Assembly (NCBI GenBank): GCA_020137815.1 | Contig: CM035353.1 | Span: 7,068,001-7,132,000 of the forward strand | Length of the DNA stretch: 64,000 bases | Source of the DNA: Hormiphora californensis | Lineage: Eukaryota; Animalia; Ctenophora | Reading direction: 5' to 3' | Part shown: positions 39,004-51,903 of the stretch, piece by piece | Numbering within the stretch: position 1 is the stretch's first letter | Layout of the letters: each line of letters starts with the position of its first letter | Translations under genes and position numbers: made by a program | Notes under the pieces: generated by a model | Database searches by the model: none | Told to the model about the DNA's origin: nothing | What the model saw: only the letters and a program-made list of their open reading frames with translations

Positions 39004-42000
39004 CAAATTTCAGGCAGCGATTGTGGCCACATTTTTTGAGATATCGACCTGAAATTTTGTAGGCGTGTTCTAGTAGTATAACTACGTGTCATAACGTGGC
39101 CGGATTTTTGATTTTTTGCCTAATTAATTAATTATAGGTAATTAAAAAGTAGCCCCTGCACCGTGCCCCTGAGCATGGGGTGTTCTGTCCCCTGGGCATT
39201 GCCCCTGAGCCGAAATTATCTCCCGATCTGCTTGAAATATCGACTTGAAACTTTGTAGGAATGCTCTTCAAGCATAAAAAATGATCTACAAAAAGTTAGA
39301 ATAGTCAAAATTAAGTAATCAATGAGTTATAGGCATGCAAAAATGGACATTTCTGGTGCCCCTGAATTTTGCCCCCGAGCATTTGAAAAAACTGCCCCTG
39401 GGCAATTTTAAAATTCAAATTGTGGCCACACTGTTTGACATATCGATCTAAAACTTTGTAGGCATGTTCTAGTGGTATAACTAAGAGTCACCACGGAGCC
39501 TGATTTTTGATTTTTTACTTAATTAATTAATTATAAGCAATTAAAATTTTAAAATTGCCCCCGCACTAACAAAAGTGGCCCAGGGGCACCTGAGTCGCAA
39601 TTATCTCCCGATCTGCTTGAAATATCGACTTGAAACTTTGTAGGAATGCTCTTCAAGCATATAGAAAGGTCTACAAAAGGTGGGAATATTCAAAATTAAG
39701 TAATCAATGAGTTATAAGCAATTAAAAAATGGACATTTTTATGGTGCCCCTGAGCATTGCCCCTGAGCATTTGAAAATATTTTCCGTTCTGCTATAAATA
39801 TCGACTTGAAACTTTGTAGGAATGCTCTTCAAGCATATAGAAAGGTCTACAAAAAGTGGGAATATTCAAAATTAACTATCCAATTAATTATAAGCAATTA
39901 AAAAAATGTGCAGTGGCAGTGCAGGGGCAAAAAATAAAGCATATATATGGCGGGAAAATATTTTGGCGGGAAACCGAAAAAGCCCAATAAGCCAAGAACG
40001 GGGTGGGTCCAAGGTCTGGCCCACTAGCTTTTGATCACCTCATCGAGCCCGATCGAACGCGACCAATGTCGACCTCCCACGACGACCTAAACCCCTAATC
40101 CCATGTGGTGCCAGCCAACCGCCAGCCAAACGGAAAAATCTAGTGATCCTCTATCAGCTGGTATCAAAATCTAAGCTCTAAGTGACCAGGAACTGGCATT
40201 ATTAGTGCTAATTGGCGATAACGTCATAAATCACATAATTACGACTAATTAGTGAACCGGGGGTGGTAGAGACCTGTGGGATGGTACTTTGGACTTTTTA
40301 GTCCCTAATCATATCAGAAAGTCAAATTTAAAATTCCAGACCCAACTTCCCACAACCGACCCTACTATAATAAACAGGCCGCCGCGCATCAAAAATATTT
40401 TAACAGCCTGAAGGTTGCTGTTTCGACGAATCTCCCAACTTCGGGTCGGACGAGGGGAAGCTTGCCTTTTGCGATCATATACAAACGTAGGTCTTTTTTT
40501 CGGGGGGGGGGGGGGGGCAAATTTCAGGCAGCGATTGTGGCCACATTTTTTGAGATATCGACCTGAAATTTTGTAGGCGTGTTCTAGTAGTATAACTACG
40601 TGTCATAACGTGGCCGGATTTTTGATTTTTTGCCTAATTAATTAATTATAGGTAATTAAAAAGTAGCCCCTGCACCGTGCCCCTGAGCATGGGGTGTTCT
40701 GTCCCCTGGGCATTGCCCCTGAGCCGAAATTATCTCCCGATCTGCTTGAAATATCGACTTGAAACTTTGTAGGAATGCTCTTCAAGCATAAAAAATGATC
40801 TACAAAAAGTTAGAATAGTCAAAATTAAGTAATCAATGAGTTATAGGCATGCAAAAATGGACATTTCTGGTGCCCCTGAATTTTGCCCCCGAGCATTTGA
40901 AAAAACTGCCCCTGGGCAATTTTAAAATTCAAATTGTGGCCACACTGTTTGACATATCGATCTAAAACTTTGTAGGCATGTTCTAGTGGTATAACTAAGA
41001 GTCACCACGGAGCCTGATTTTTGATTTTTTACTTAATTAATTAATTATAAGCAATTAAAATTTTAAAATTGCCCCCGCACTAACAAAAGTGGCCCAGGGG
41101 CACCTGAGCCGCAATTATCTCCCGATCTGCTTGAAATATCGACTTGAAACTTTGTAGGAATGCTCTTCAAGCATATAGAAAGGTCTACAAAAGGTGGGAA
41201 TATTCAAAATTAATTATCCAATTAATTATAAGCAATTAAAAAATGGACATTTTTCTGGTGCCCCTGAGCATTGCCCCTGAGCATTTGAAAATATTTTCCG
41301 TTCTGCTATAAATAACGGCCTAAAATTTTGCAGTAATGTAGTTCAAGCATATAGAAAGGTCTACAAAAAGTGGGAATATTCAAAATTGATTATCAAATTA
41401 ATTACAGTCGGACCCCGATTTACCGGGCCCCGATTTACCGGAACCCCGATTTACCGGGAGGATTTCTTTCCCCCGATTTTTTTGGAAAATTTTCGAAGTT
41501 TTGCCGGTTGGTAAACTTGCATTTGCAATTCGCTAGGTCTAATGGGGATCACGTATCGGTTCGTTTCAAACCTTCTAATTAGCGGCAGGACACGTGATAA
41601 GGTGTACCGATTCGAAACACGATTCGAACGTGGCTGGTATACCTTAGAAAAATTTCATAACTTTATTTTGCAAAATGTTACAGAATGATTGTCAATACTT
41701 TGATCGATGCTCCCCGTAAATTTTCAGAGAAAAATTTATTTTGAAATTTTGATACTTTCTCGCCCCGCTTAGGGTGCCCAGATTCGGCATGGTATCATGT
41801 ATCGGTTCGTTTCGAACCGTCTAATTAGCGGCAGGACACGTGATAAGATGCACCGATTCGAAACACGATTCGAACGTGGCTGGTATACCTTAGAAAAATT
41901 TCATAACTTTTTTTGCAAAATTTTACAGAATCATTGTCAATGCTTTGATCGATGCTCCCCGTAAATTTTCAAAGAAAAAGTTATTTTGAAACTTTGATAC

Positions 42001-45000
42001 TTCCTCACCCCGCTTAGGGTGCCCAGATTCGGCATGGTATCACGTATCGGTTCGATTCGAACCGTCTAATTAGCGGCATGCGGCAGGACATGCGATAAGA
42101 TGCACCGATTCGAAACACGATTCGGACTCGGTTTACCTTAGAAAAAGTTTTTACAATTTTTTTGAATTTTTTAAATTTTATATTTCTAATGACAGAAGCA
42201 ATGATCATATAATTGTCATCAATAAATGTATACTATACAGTTAGAGGTGTCTTGGTATAGAATTCTGGACAAAAGTAGGATTTACCCCGATATACCGGGC
42301 ACCCCGATTTACCGGGCAAAATGGCTTCCCCCGAGGATCCCGGTAAATCGGGGTCCGACTGTATAAGCAATTAAAAAAATGTGCAGTGGCAGTGCAGGGG
42401 CAAAAAAATAAAGCATATATATGGCGGGAAAATATTTTGGCGGGAAACCGAAAAAGCCCAATAAGCCAAGAACGGGGTGGGGCCAAGGTCTGGCCCACTA
42501 GCTTTTGATCACCTCATCGAGCCCGATCGAACGCGACCAATGTCGACCTCCCACGACGACCTAAACCCGTAATCCCACGTGGTGCCAGCCAACCGCCAGC
42601 CAAACGGAAAAATCTAGTGATCCTCTATCAGCTGGTATCAAAATCTAAGCTCTAAGTGACCAGGAACTGGTATTATTAGTGCTAATTGGCGATAACGTCA
42701 TAAATCACATAATTACGACTAATTAGTGAACCGGGGGTGGTAGAGACCTGTGGGATGGTACTTTGGACTTTTTATAGAGTCCCTAATCATATCAGAAAGT
42801 CAAATTTAAAATTCCAGACCCAACTTCCCACAACCGACCCTACTATAATAAACAGGCCGCCGAGCATCAAAAAATATTTTAACAGCCTGAAGGTTGCTGT
42901 TTCGACGAATCTCCCAACTTCGGGTCGGACGAGGGGAAGCTTGCCTTTTGCGATCATATATACAAACGTAGGTCTTTTTTTCGGGGGGGGGGGGGGGGCA
43001 AATTTCAGGCAGCGATTGTGGCCACATTTTTTGAGATATCGACCTGAAATTTTGTAGGCGTGTTCTAGTAGTATAACTACGTGTCATAACGTGGCCGGAT
43101 TTTTGATTTTTTGCCTAATTAATTAATTATAGGTAATTAAAAAGTAGCCCCTGCACCGTGCCCCTGAGCATGGGGTGTTCTGTCCCCTGGGCATTGCCCC
43201 TGAGCCGAAATTATCTCCCGATCTGCTTGAAATATCGACTTGAAACTTTGTAGTAATGCTCTTCAAGCATAAAAAATGATCTACAAAAAGTTAGAATAGT
43301 CAAAATTAAGTAATCAATGAGTTATAGGCATGCAAAAATGGACATTTCTGGTGCCCCTGAATTTTGCCCCCGAGCATTTGAAAAAACTGCCCCTGGGCAA
43401 TTTTAAAATTCAAATTGTGGCCACACTGTTTGACATATCGATCTAAAACTTTGTAGGCATGTTCTAGTGGTATAACTAAGAGTCACCACGGAGCCTGATT
43501 TTTGATTTTTTACTTAATTAATTAATTATAAGCAATTAAAATTTTAAAATTGCCCCCGCACTAACAAAAGTGGCCCAGGGGCACCTGAGCCGCAATTATC
43601 TCCCGATCTGCTTGAAATATCGACTTGAAACTTTGTAGGAATGCTCTTCAAGCATATAGAAAGGTCTACAAAAGGTGGGAATATTCAAAATTAATTATCC
43701 AATTAATTATAAGCAATTAAAAAAATGGACATTTTTCTGGTGCCCCTGAGCATTGCCCCTGAGCATTTGAAAATATTTTCCGTTCTGCTATAAATATCGA
43801 CTTGAAACTTTGTAGGGAATGCTCTTCAAGCATATAGAAAGGTCTACAAAAAGTGGGAATATTCAAAATTAACTATCCAATTAATTATAAGCAATTAAAA
43901 AAATGTGCAGTGGCAGTGCAGGGGCAAAAAATAAAGCATATATATGGCGGGAAAATATTTTGGCGGGAAACCGAAAAAGCCCAATAAGCCAAGAACGGGG
44001 TGGGTCCAAGGTCTGGCCCACTAGCTTTTGATCACCTCATCGAGCCCGATCGAACGCGACCAATGTCGACCTCCCACGACGACCTAAACCCCTAATCCCA
44101 TGTGGTGCCAGCCAACCGCCAGCCAAACGGAAAAATCTAGTGATCCTCTATCAGCTGGTATCAAAATCTAAGCTCTAAGTGACCAGGAACTGGCATTATT
44201 AGTGCTAATTGGCGATAACGTCATAAATCACATAATTACGACTAATTAGTGAACCGGGGGTGGTAGAGACCTGTGGGATGGTACTTTGGACTTTTTAGTC
44301 CCTAATCATATCAGAAAGTCAAATTTAAAATTCCAGACCCAACTTCCCACAACCGACCCTACTATAATAAACAGGCCGCCGCGCATCAAAAATATTTTAA
44401 CAGCCTGAATGTTGCTGTTTCGACGTAAGTCTCCAACTTCTGGGTCGGGACGAGGGGAAAGCTTGCCTTTTAGCGGATCATTAAGAACAAAGAAAGGTCT
44501 TTTTGGGGGGGGGGGGGGGCCAAAAAAACATGTCAACATGTGGCCAACACCGTTTGAGATATCGACTTGAAATTTGTAGGCATGTTCTTGTAGTATTCCT
44601 TGGTGTCATGACGTTGGCGGATTTTGGAATTTTAATAATTAATTAATTATAGTAATTAAAACGGTTGCAAGGGGCACCGTGCCCATGCAACATTGCGTGT
44701 CTGTCCCTCTGCACCGCGGCCTTGCACAAATTCTATTTTCGTTCTGCTTAAATATCGACTTGAAACTTTGTAGGAAGGACCCATGTTCTCAATCATAAAA
44801 AGATGCATGTCCGAAAAGTCACCCGGAAATCACCGTCAAATTAATTAATTAGTGAGTTAGAAGCCGTGCAAAAAAAATGGACTTTGGTTGCAGGGGGCAG
44901 GCAATGTGCACGGGCAAATGGTGCAAGGGCAGCCCTTGACACCAATTTATGATCGAACTGTGTCCACGACGTTTAATATTTTGACACGAAAACTGTCTAG

Positions 45001-45960
45001 GCATCGTTCTAGTAGCATTAAACTACGAGTACTAGAAGAGCCGTATGATTAATATATCAATTAGGTAATTCAATTATAGGCAAATTAATTAAAATTTGCC
45101 CTGCACAATTTGGGCAAATTTCCCCTGAATGAAACATGTGCCCTTGCACCCATTTTGTTTGCCCATGACACATTTTTTGGCCAACTTGATTTATTCAAAG
45201 ATGTGGCCACACCGTGTGAAATTTCGAAATTGAAAACCTTTGCATGTATCATGTTCTAGTCGTATAAATTACGAGTCATAACGGAGCCGGTTTTGCTTTT
45301 CCAATTAATTAATTAATTATAATCAAATTAAAAACTTTTGCCCCTGCCCCACCAATTTGCCCCTGCACAGTTTTGGCAAATTTGATATTCAACTTGAGCC
45401 TTTGTAGAAGTAATGAAAATATTGATTTCAGGTATATGATGAAACAATAAGCTATAAAAAAGCCCCTTTTTGTTACACAAGCCTGTGCTTGGTATCGACG
45501 GGGGACACCTCCACACTCTGTCGCCTGTGGGCGACCTTCGCGTGCACCGCTGCAAGGGAGAACTTCGTAACCAAAGCCTGTGCATTGTGCAGAATGAACA
45601 TGATAAATTTTCTCAGTTGCTGGCGATAGAACTCGATCAGAATTCGTTGATTTACCATGACAACGGAGTTGGTTACCATACTAAAAGAGAATTCGTTGTA
45701 AAATAGTCCTTTCTTGTATAAACTCGGCCTTTAGATAAAAAATTGATTTTATTTACCGCACTAATGCAAGGGCATTTCACATTTTGGTTCCCCGTATTTT
45801 TGTCCTTTTTTTTTAATGGGATTTTGGGTTTTAGACTGAAAGTATGGGATCATTTGAAAAGTAGTGAAGATTTGAAAATGTTAGCAACTTCCCGGGTTTC
45901 GAAAACTAAACCCATAGATTCCAACTCGGGTCGGACGAGGGGAAGCTTCCCTTTTTGCGA
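38758..45960. repeat. Head-to-tail array of the about 1.52-kb Helentron-like element (3 clean units and 1 degraded unit)
   Basis: Doubled 97-bp 5' module at 38758-38953; units at about 38954-40476, 40477-42957, 42958-44480; noisy unit at 44480-45960. Confidence 0.88.
41405..42361. mobile_element. CAGTCGGACCCC-family MITE inserted in array unit 2
   Basis: TA TSD shown by the empty site AATTATAAGC in sister units; internal direct repeat of about 240 bp. Confidence 0.92.
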
Positions 45961-48638
45961 AATTAATGAGCTGGGATCCCCCCTTTGAGAACGCGTTACC
46001 CCTGGCAACTATCATCTAATAACCACGAAACTCATCGTTTAGGTCTCCAAGCCGGGGGATGGGGGTTGGAGGGGAGGGCAGAAAAACCGTTAGTTATGCG
46101 AACGGAAAAAGGGGAAAACCTAACGACCCGTTGAAAGTTGGGTGTAAGGATGGATTTAGCTATCAGGGGCGTGGTTTAGATAGAAGTTGTACCAAAACAA
46201 GTATTATTGTTCCTGTGATACTCTAACAGGTTGGTATATAACATGGCTTGATACAAATATTGCCTGTATTGTGCATTTACATTGAGACGTCGGTAACTAT
46301 AGTCAGGCCAGGTTTCATTAAAAAACTCTCTTTTACTCTGCTGTATAGATCAGAAAAATAACAAAAATAAATAACAAAGATATACTGAACGACCCCTTTT
46401 CACTCCCTCCCAGCAGTCCCCCGACCCCCAACCACTAATCACTATCTTTTTCCCCCCTTTGTTGTGTCTTCTCCTCTCTCTGAACGACCCCTTATCACTC
46501 CCTCCCGGCAGTCCCCCGACCCCCACCCACTATCTTTTTCCCCCTTTGTTGGGGTTTTTCCCCTACCATCTTTTTTTTCTATTTGGGTGTTTTCACTTAC
46601 CCGATTCTTTTTTTCTTTTCGCATGCATCAGATTTCCAGGGGCCCTCTGAAAAAAAAGGGGATTCAAATTTGGGCGCGACGGGAGGGGGGGGGGGGATTA
46701 AAAATTTTATTTCTAAGGAAAATCCCATCGTATTCTTGGTTTGCTGTCGCGAAAGGGATTTCTTCCTTACATGCACCCAAAAGGGTATTAGTAATATACA
46801 CCAGCGTTCTCTAATGAGAGAGGATAGAGGAGCCGCAGGAGAGAGAGAGAGAGCGAGAGCGAGACGAGAGTGTAGAGCGAGAGCGGAGAGCGGAGAGGAT
46901 ATGCTAGAGTGCGATCGATAGTCGATATCTCTCCGTCTCTTCCTCTCTCTATCTATATCATCTATCTCTCTTTCTCATTGATTGCTAACTCCAACCCCGA
47001 GTTGTTCCCCATTGGTGCACCGTAAGGCCAGTAGTAGCGTAGCAGATTTTTCCGAGACTGCACCTATCCGGAGAGACCGCCCGTTCCCCAATTCCCATCC
47101 CCGCAACAGTCGGTGAGGAACAGCCCCAAAGACCAACACACAGGTTGTATATTTGTTTTTGATTTTTGCCAACATGCATGAGCATCTTCAATTCGTTCTC
47201 TATGTACTAGATGTAATTTAATCAAACTAGATGTGATAATATAACACATGTTTAACATGGTACATTTGAAATTACTTTAAAATTACGAAATTATATTATT
47301 GATAATAAGAACAATTGTTCTTTTATAGATCAAAAAGACGTCGCTCCGTGAACCCAGGATTGATAGCATTAAATGGAGGGAACACTCCCCGAACTAACAC
47401 GGCTGTAACCGCTAGTCGACCGGGAGTCGGGATCAGTAATCAAACGGTATAATAATTTATAGATCAATATCTTTGTTAAATGTTAGACCCTTGCCTCACT
47501 CTATCCACACCAGACCTGACACATTATGTAGGCTTCTGTGATGTTTCATAGATCAGGGTATCACGGAACAAATTGACTATCGTTTACTGATCTGCTGATC
47601 CGCGAGAAGTTTATGTCATCTCATATCACATCCTGTTGTTTGCATATGTATTATTTATTTATTTATTTATTTAGAGAGAGAGAGAGAGAGAGAGAGGGAA
47701 GAGTAAAGTGTGAGTGGGAGATAAGATAAAAGTTTAGTATTAGATGAAAAATATATGCTCAAATACTCGAACAGTAGTGGAATCTAATGCACGATTTTTT
47801 ACTTTCACAGCTTGCCTATAATTGCTAAATTCGCTCCCTTTCAAAAGGTCCAGTACACGTGTTTTTAGCATCAACGACGAGAAAACGAGAATTTTCATTC
47901 GATAAAATTATAGAATTATTTAATTATACGCTCTGTAACCTTTTGGCATTCATTCAGCCTAAGATAAGGTTGGTTTTTAAACAGAATATGCAATTGCATA
48001 ACCTTTATTCTGTTGGAATGACTAAAATATGAAATTTTTGTATGGACTGTAATCAGATGGAACCTTTGGAAACAGCCCGGACAGCGTTATTTAGCTTGTA
48101 CCTGACTGCACTCTTCTGTCACTGAGATACGAGTTTAATCATATGCTATTGGAGAAGACTCAAATTGCACACTCCTCCACGTATCTCCTATATTCTCTTG
48201 TATCAGCTTGTAACCTATTGAAGTTGTATGTTTTAGTGAATTCCGTGTATCAGCATGCTTAGTTTGTAATGTAACGCTTCCCTGATTGATTTACTAGGTG
48301 CAGACGCCGTCTGATTGCAGTTCATCAAGTGACGATTCGGGCAAAGGGAGCGACAATACTATGACTGCACGAAAGTGAGTTTACTAGCTTCAACACTTTA
48401 TATAGGGACCCTTTTATACAGGAGTACTGTTAGTGTCGTACTGTTTATAGCTGCGACAATCTGTTTAAGTATGATGACTATCAGACATTACTCCTCCCTC
48501 TTAGGTCGTACGGTGGAAAGCGATCCAGTGTGATACACATTCAGGACAGGCCGACATTACAATATCATCGGGTCTTAGTGGAACCAACCTCGCCCATTTC
48601 AATGGTAGGTGGTGTTGGTAAATTAGGGTTTGGATGTT

Positions 48639-48767
48639 CTGAACTGAACTGAACTGAACTGAACTGAACTGAACTGAACTGAACTGAACTGAACTGAACT
48701 GAACTGAACTGAACTGAACTGAACTGAACTGAACTGAACTGAACTGAACTGAACTGAACTGAACTGA
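48639..48767. repeat. (CTGAA)n pentanucleotide microsatellite
   Basis: About 25 perfect units. Confidence 0.97.
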
Positions 48768-49130
48768 TCAACTGTGAGGGTCGAGGTTCCAGCCTGGTGA
48801 GCTTTGTGGTAGGTGAGGCCGCATATTATACTCAAATTAGTTCTCACGGCATTTTGTACCAGCAGCACTAGCAGTATACTGCTATTAAAGTCATGTAAAA
48901 TAAATTAATACACGTGCAGGACAAACTCACCCACACCCACAATACATATGTTCAGCGTTTTTGTCTATTTTGTCTCTATCCCTTCTCTGTCTGTCTTCTT
49001 CTCTATCCCTTCTCTGTCTCTCTGTCTGTCTCCTTCTCTGTCCCGGTCCTTGACTGTATCTTAGCTATTCTAGATAGATCTCAAGCCATCGAGCGCGATA
49101 TAAGAGAGAGACGTCAGAGATCTCTCTATT

Positions 49131-49186
<56 letters not shown>

Positions 49187-51334
49187 CTCTCTCTCTCTTC
49201 TCTCTCTCTCTCTATTTCTCTCTTCATCCTCTCTCTCTTCTCTCTCTCTCTCTCTCTCCTCCTGCCCTCCGCTCCATGTGTCCCTCGGTAATACAATTTT
49301 CTCTTATTTGCCCGTCACAGCACAGGCAGAAAACAGTGTGTGAGGTTTACTTTGTGGTAAAAATGTTTTTGTGAGCTTATAAACATAGCTTATTATATAA
49401 CGTGTATATATGAATATTAATGGTAGCTAGTATATTATATTTTTATAGTTCTTTTAATTAGAATCTTTCTCTTGACACAATATGATATCTCAGCTTTAAT
49501 TAAACAGCAGACACAATGCAGTAGAAGTTAATTTCCAATTAAGTCTGGCCCGAAATTTGGCAAACAGAAAGGAGCATTGACGAACTATAAAGTGGCAATA
49601 TTTCATATTACAATATAGATCGAATGCATGGGTAACACAAAACTCGTTCTTTGTGAACTTCCAATTGTCATCTGAGTCTATATAGTTCAACTCACAATTA
49701 CAAGACCCATAAATTTCATGGAGCACTTGTTGGGAATTCAGAGAAAGATAGAAAGGAAATTAATTAACTCCTGTCCTATCTCTCTCGTTTTTGACAGTGC
49801 AGTGTGTGACATGCTGCAGCTGTGGCAATTATTTAAACCACCGCGGACTCTCCACTACCACACATGATAAATTGACGTGCCCCTGTGTGTGGTGTTCCAT
49901 TGTGAAGCTGTGAGAGAATTTTCCTTGTTACCATGGTTACCATCGGGTTGGAGCTGTGAATGATCCTTTCAACCATGTCCTTTGCGGCAATGAAACGAGG
50001 GGGATCTCGTCGGACCAGCGGGCTACCAACCTCTTACTCCTATATGCAACGGTCACAGTGTCTAGTGGAGGCACAGAGGAAACGAGCTTCTGTTTTACAT
50101 GCACAGAGTACTCTTGAGTTAACCAAGGTAGGACGTTATCCTGTATATGCATTATACAATCCACAATCCAATCCGTTTAAATAGTACAGTCGTTATTATT
50201 GGCTAATTTTAATCCCTGAAAATTTCCCTGAATAGCCCTCACTGAACCCTGATCAGGGTCCAGTGAGGGCTATCTCTCTGAGATTATGAGGGATTAATAT
50301 CCGTGACCTGAACCTGAGATTCAGGCACGACTGTTCAGTGTTCCCCCATGGCCTGCTCTCCAGCCAAATTCTTGGTGTTTTCCTGGCCTGGATCGAGAAT
50401 CGCCTACATTCACGCATCTATTCTCCATGCAGTTTCCGTTGAAATTGTCCATCCAGTTCGAGAGAGCGCGAGACAGGGCGTTCCCCGTGTGTCCCTGAAA
50501 ATGAGTGACTCTAAACATTTGTTTTTCCCTATACACACTGTATCTTAACGAAATATATGCTAAGGATCTGTCACTATATTGGTAGTGATATAAGCCGATC
50601 TTTCATCTCGTCTTGGTGTATAATATACCCGGGCACTGTGTAACCGTCCGGCTCTAAATTCTATTTATAGAACTATTGTTCTCTTCAGTGGCTAATTGAA
50701 CTAACATGTTCTTTCGAGGGAGGTAGGAATTAATTAATATAATTGTATCTTAATTGGTTTAACAGTGTACACTGTATAACATACAATGAAGCACTGTAAG
50801 GTGTTGCTAATTTTCATGTAGCTTAAAAATTGGTACCACTAGAATTGCTAAAAGTGTACCAAGTAACATCCTGCTGCATGTGTCTGCTGGTATCTTGATT
50901 CTTGATGTAACTTCAAATACACTGATCTTGCTAGTACTAACTGCTGAATTGCTGATACTAACTATATTAGCAGTGGTGTTGTATACTTATTATAAGGTTT
51001 AGAACTCTAATAATGAAAAATGGTTGAGGTTCATCTTCGTTTTGAGCAATTACATATTATATGTGAGTTTTAATATCCTCAATTTTAGTTAGAGTGCTAC
51101 TATACCATGTTCTAGTTTAGTATACACCTCCGCTGTTAGCAGGGAAAATATTCAGACTGCTTTATATATTGTTACCCTCAAATGTTATCAAAATATTGCT
51201 CCATATAATTATCTACAACTAATTACTATATCGTATGATATCATAATTGAATATATCAGCTCCCCTCCTAATTGGCTCCACGGTGCAGTGCAGCAAGAGT
51301 TGGCGGCAAGAGTGGTAGTGGAGGTTCCCTTGCG

Positions 51335-51820
51335 ATGAACTACGCAGTTCGCTGCAAAAACTATGTAGATCCCCTGTGGCACAAGAGTGGAAGTGGAATT
51401 AATTGGGAATCTAAATATAGCTCTATATCCGAGTTCGAAAAGGTATGTACATGATGTAGATAAGATCGACATGTGTGGATCAACAGATCTTAAAATGATT
51501 TTTTCCCTGCCCGGGTGAATTTTCTTTTATCTAATAGATTAGTCTATGAATTCTCATATATAGTTCGGAGTTACAATATTGAATATTCTCATTATAGTTC
51601 CAATATGTCAATAAAATACATAACATACAGAAATATTTTTTCATAAATGTAATTTGCAATTGGGTTCGTACCCTTTGGCCTTTGGCTACATTCGTTTCCG
51701 TATAGTGCGTTACCCCCTCCTCCCTGCATGGCCAGCTGCGGTTACATTAAGTACTTAATAGAGATCGGAGGACGGAAAGAGATAAAGAGAAAGAGAGAAG
51801 GAGCTAAAAAGATTGAGAGA

Positions 51821-51903
<83 letters not shown>

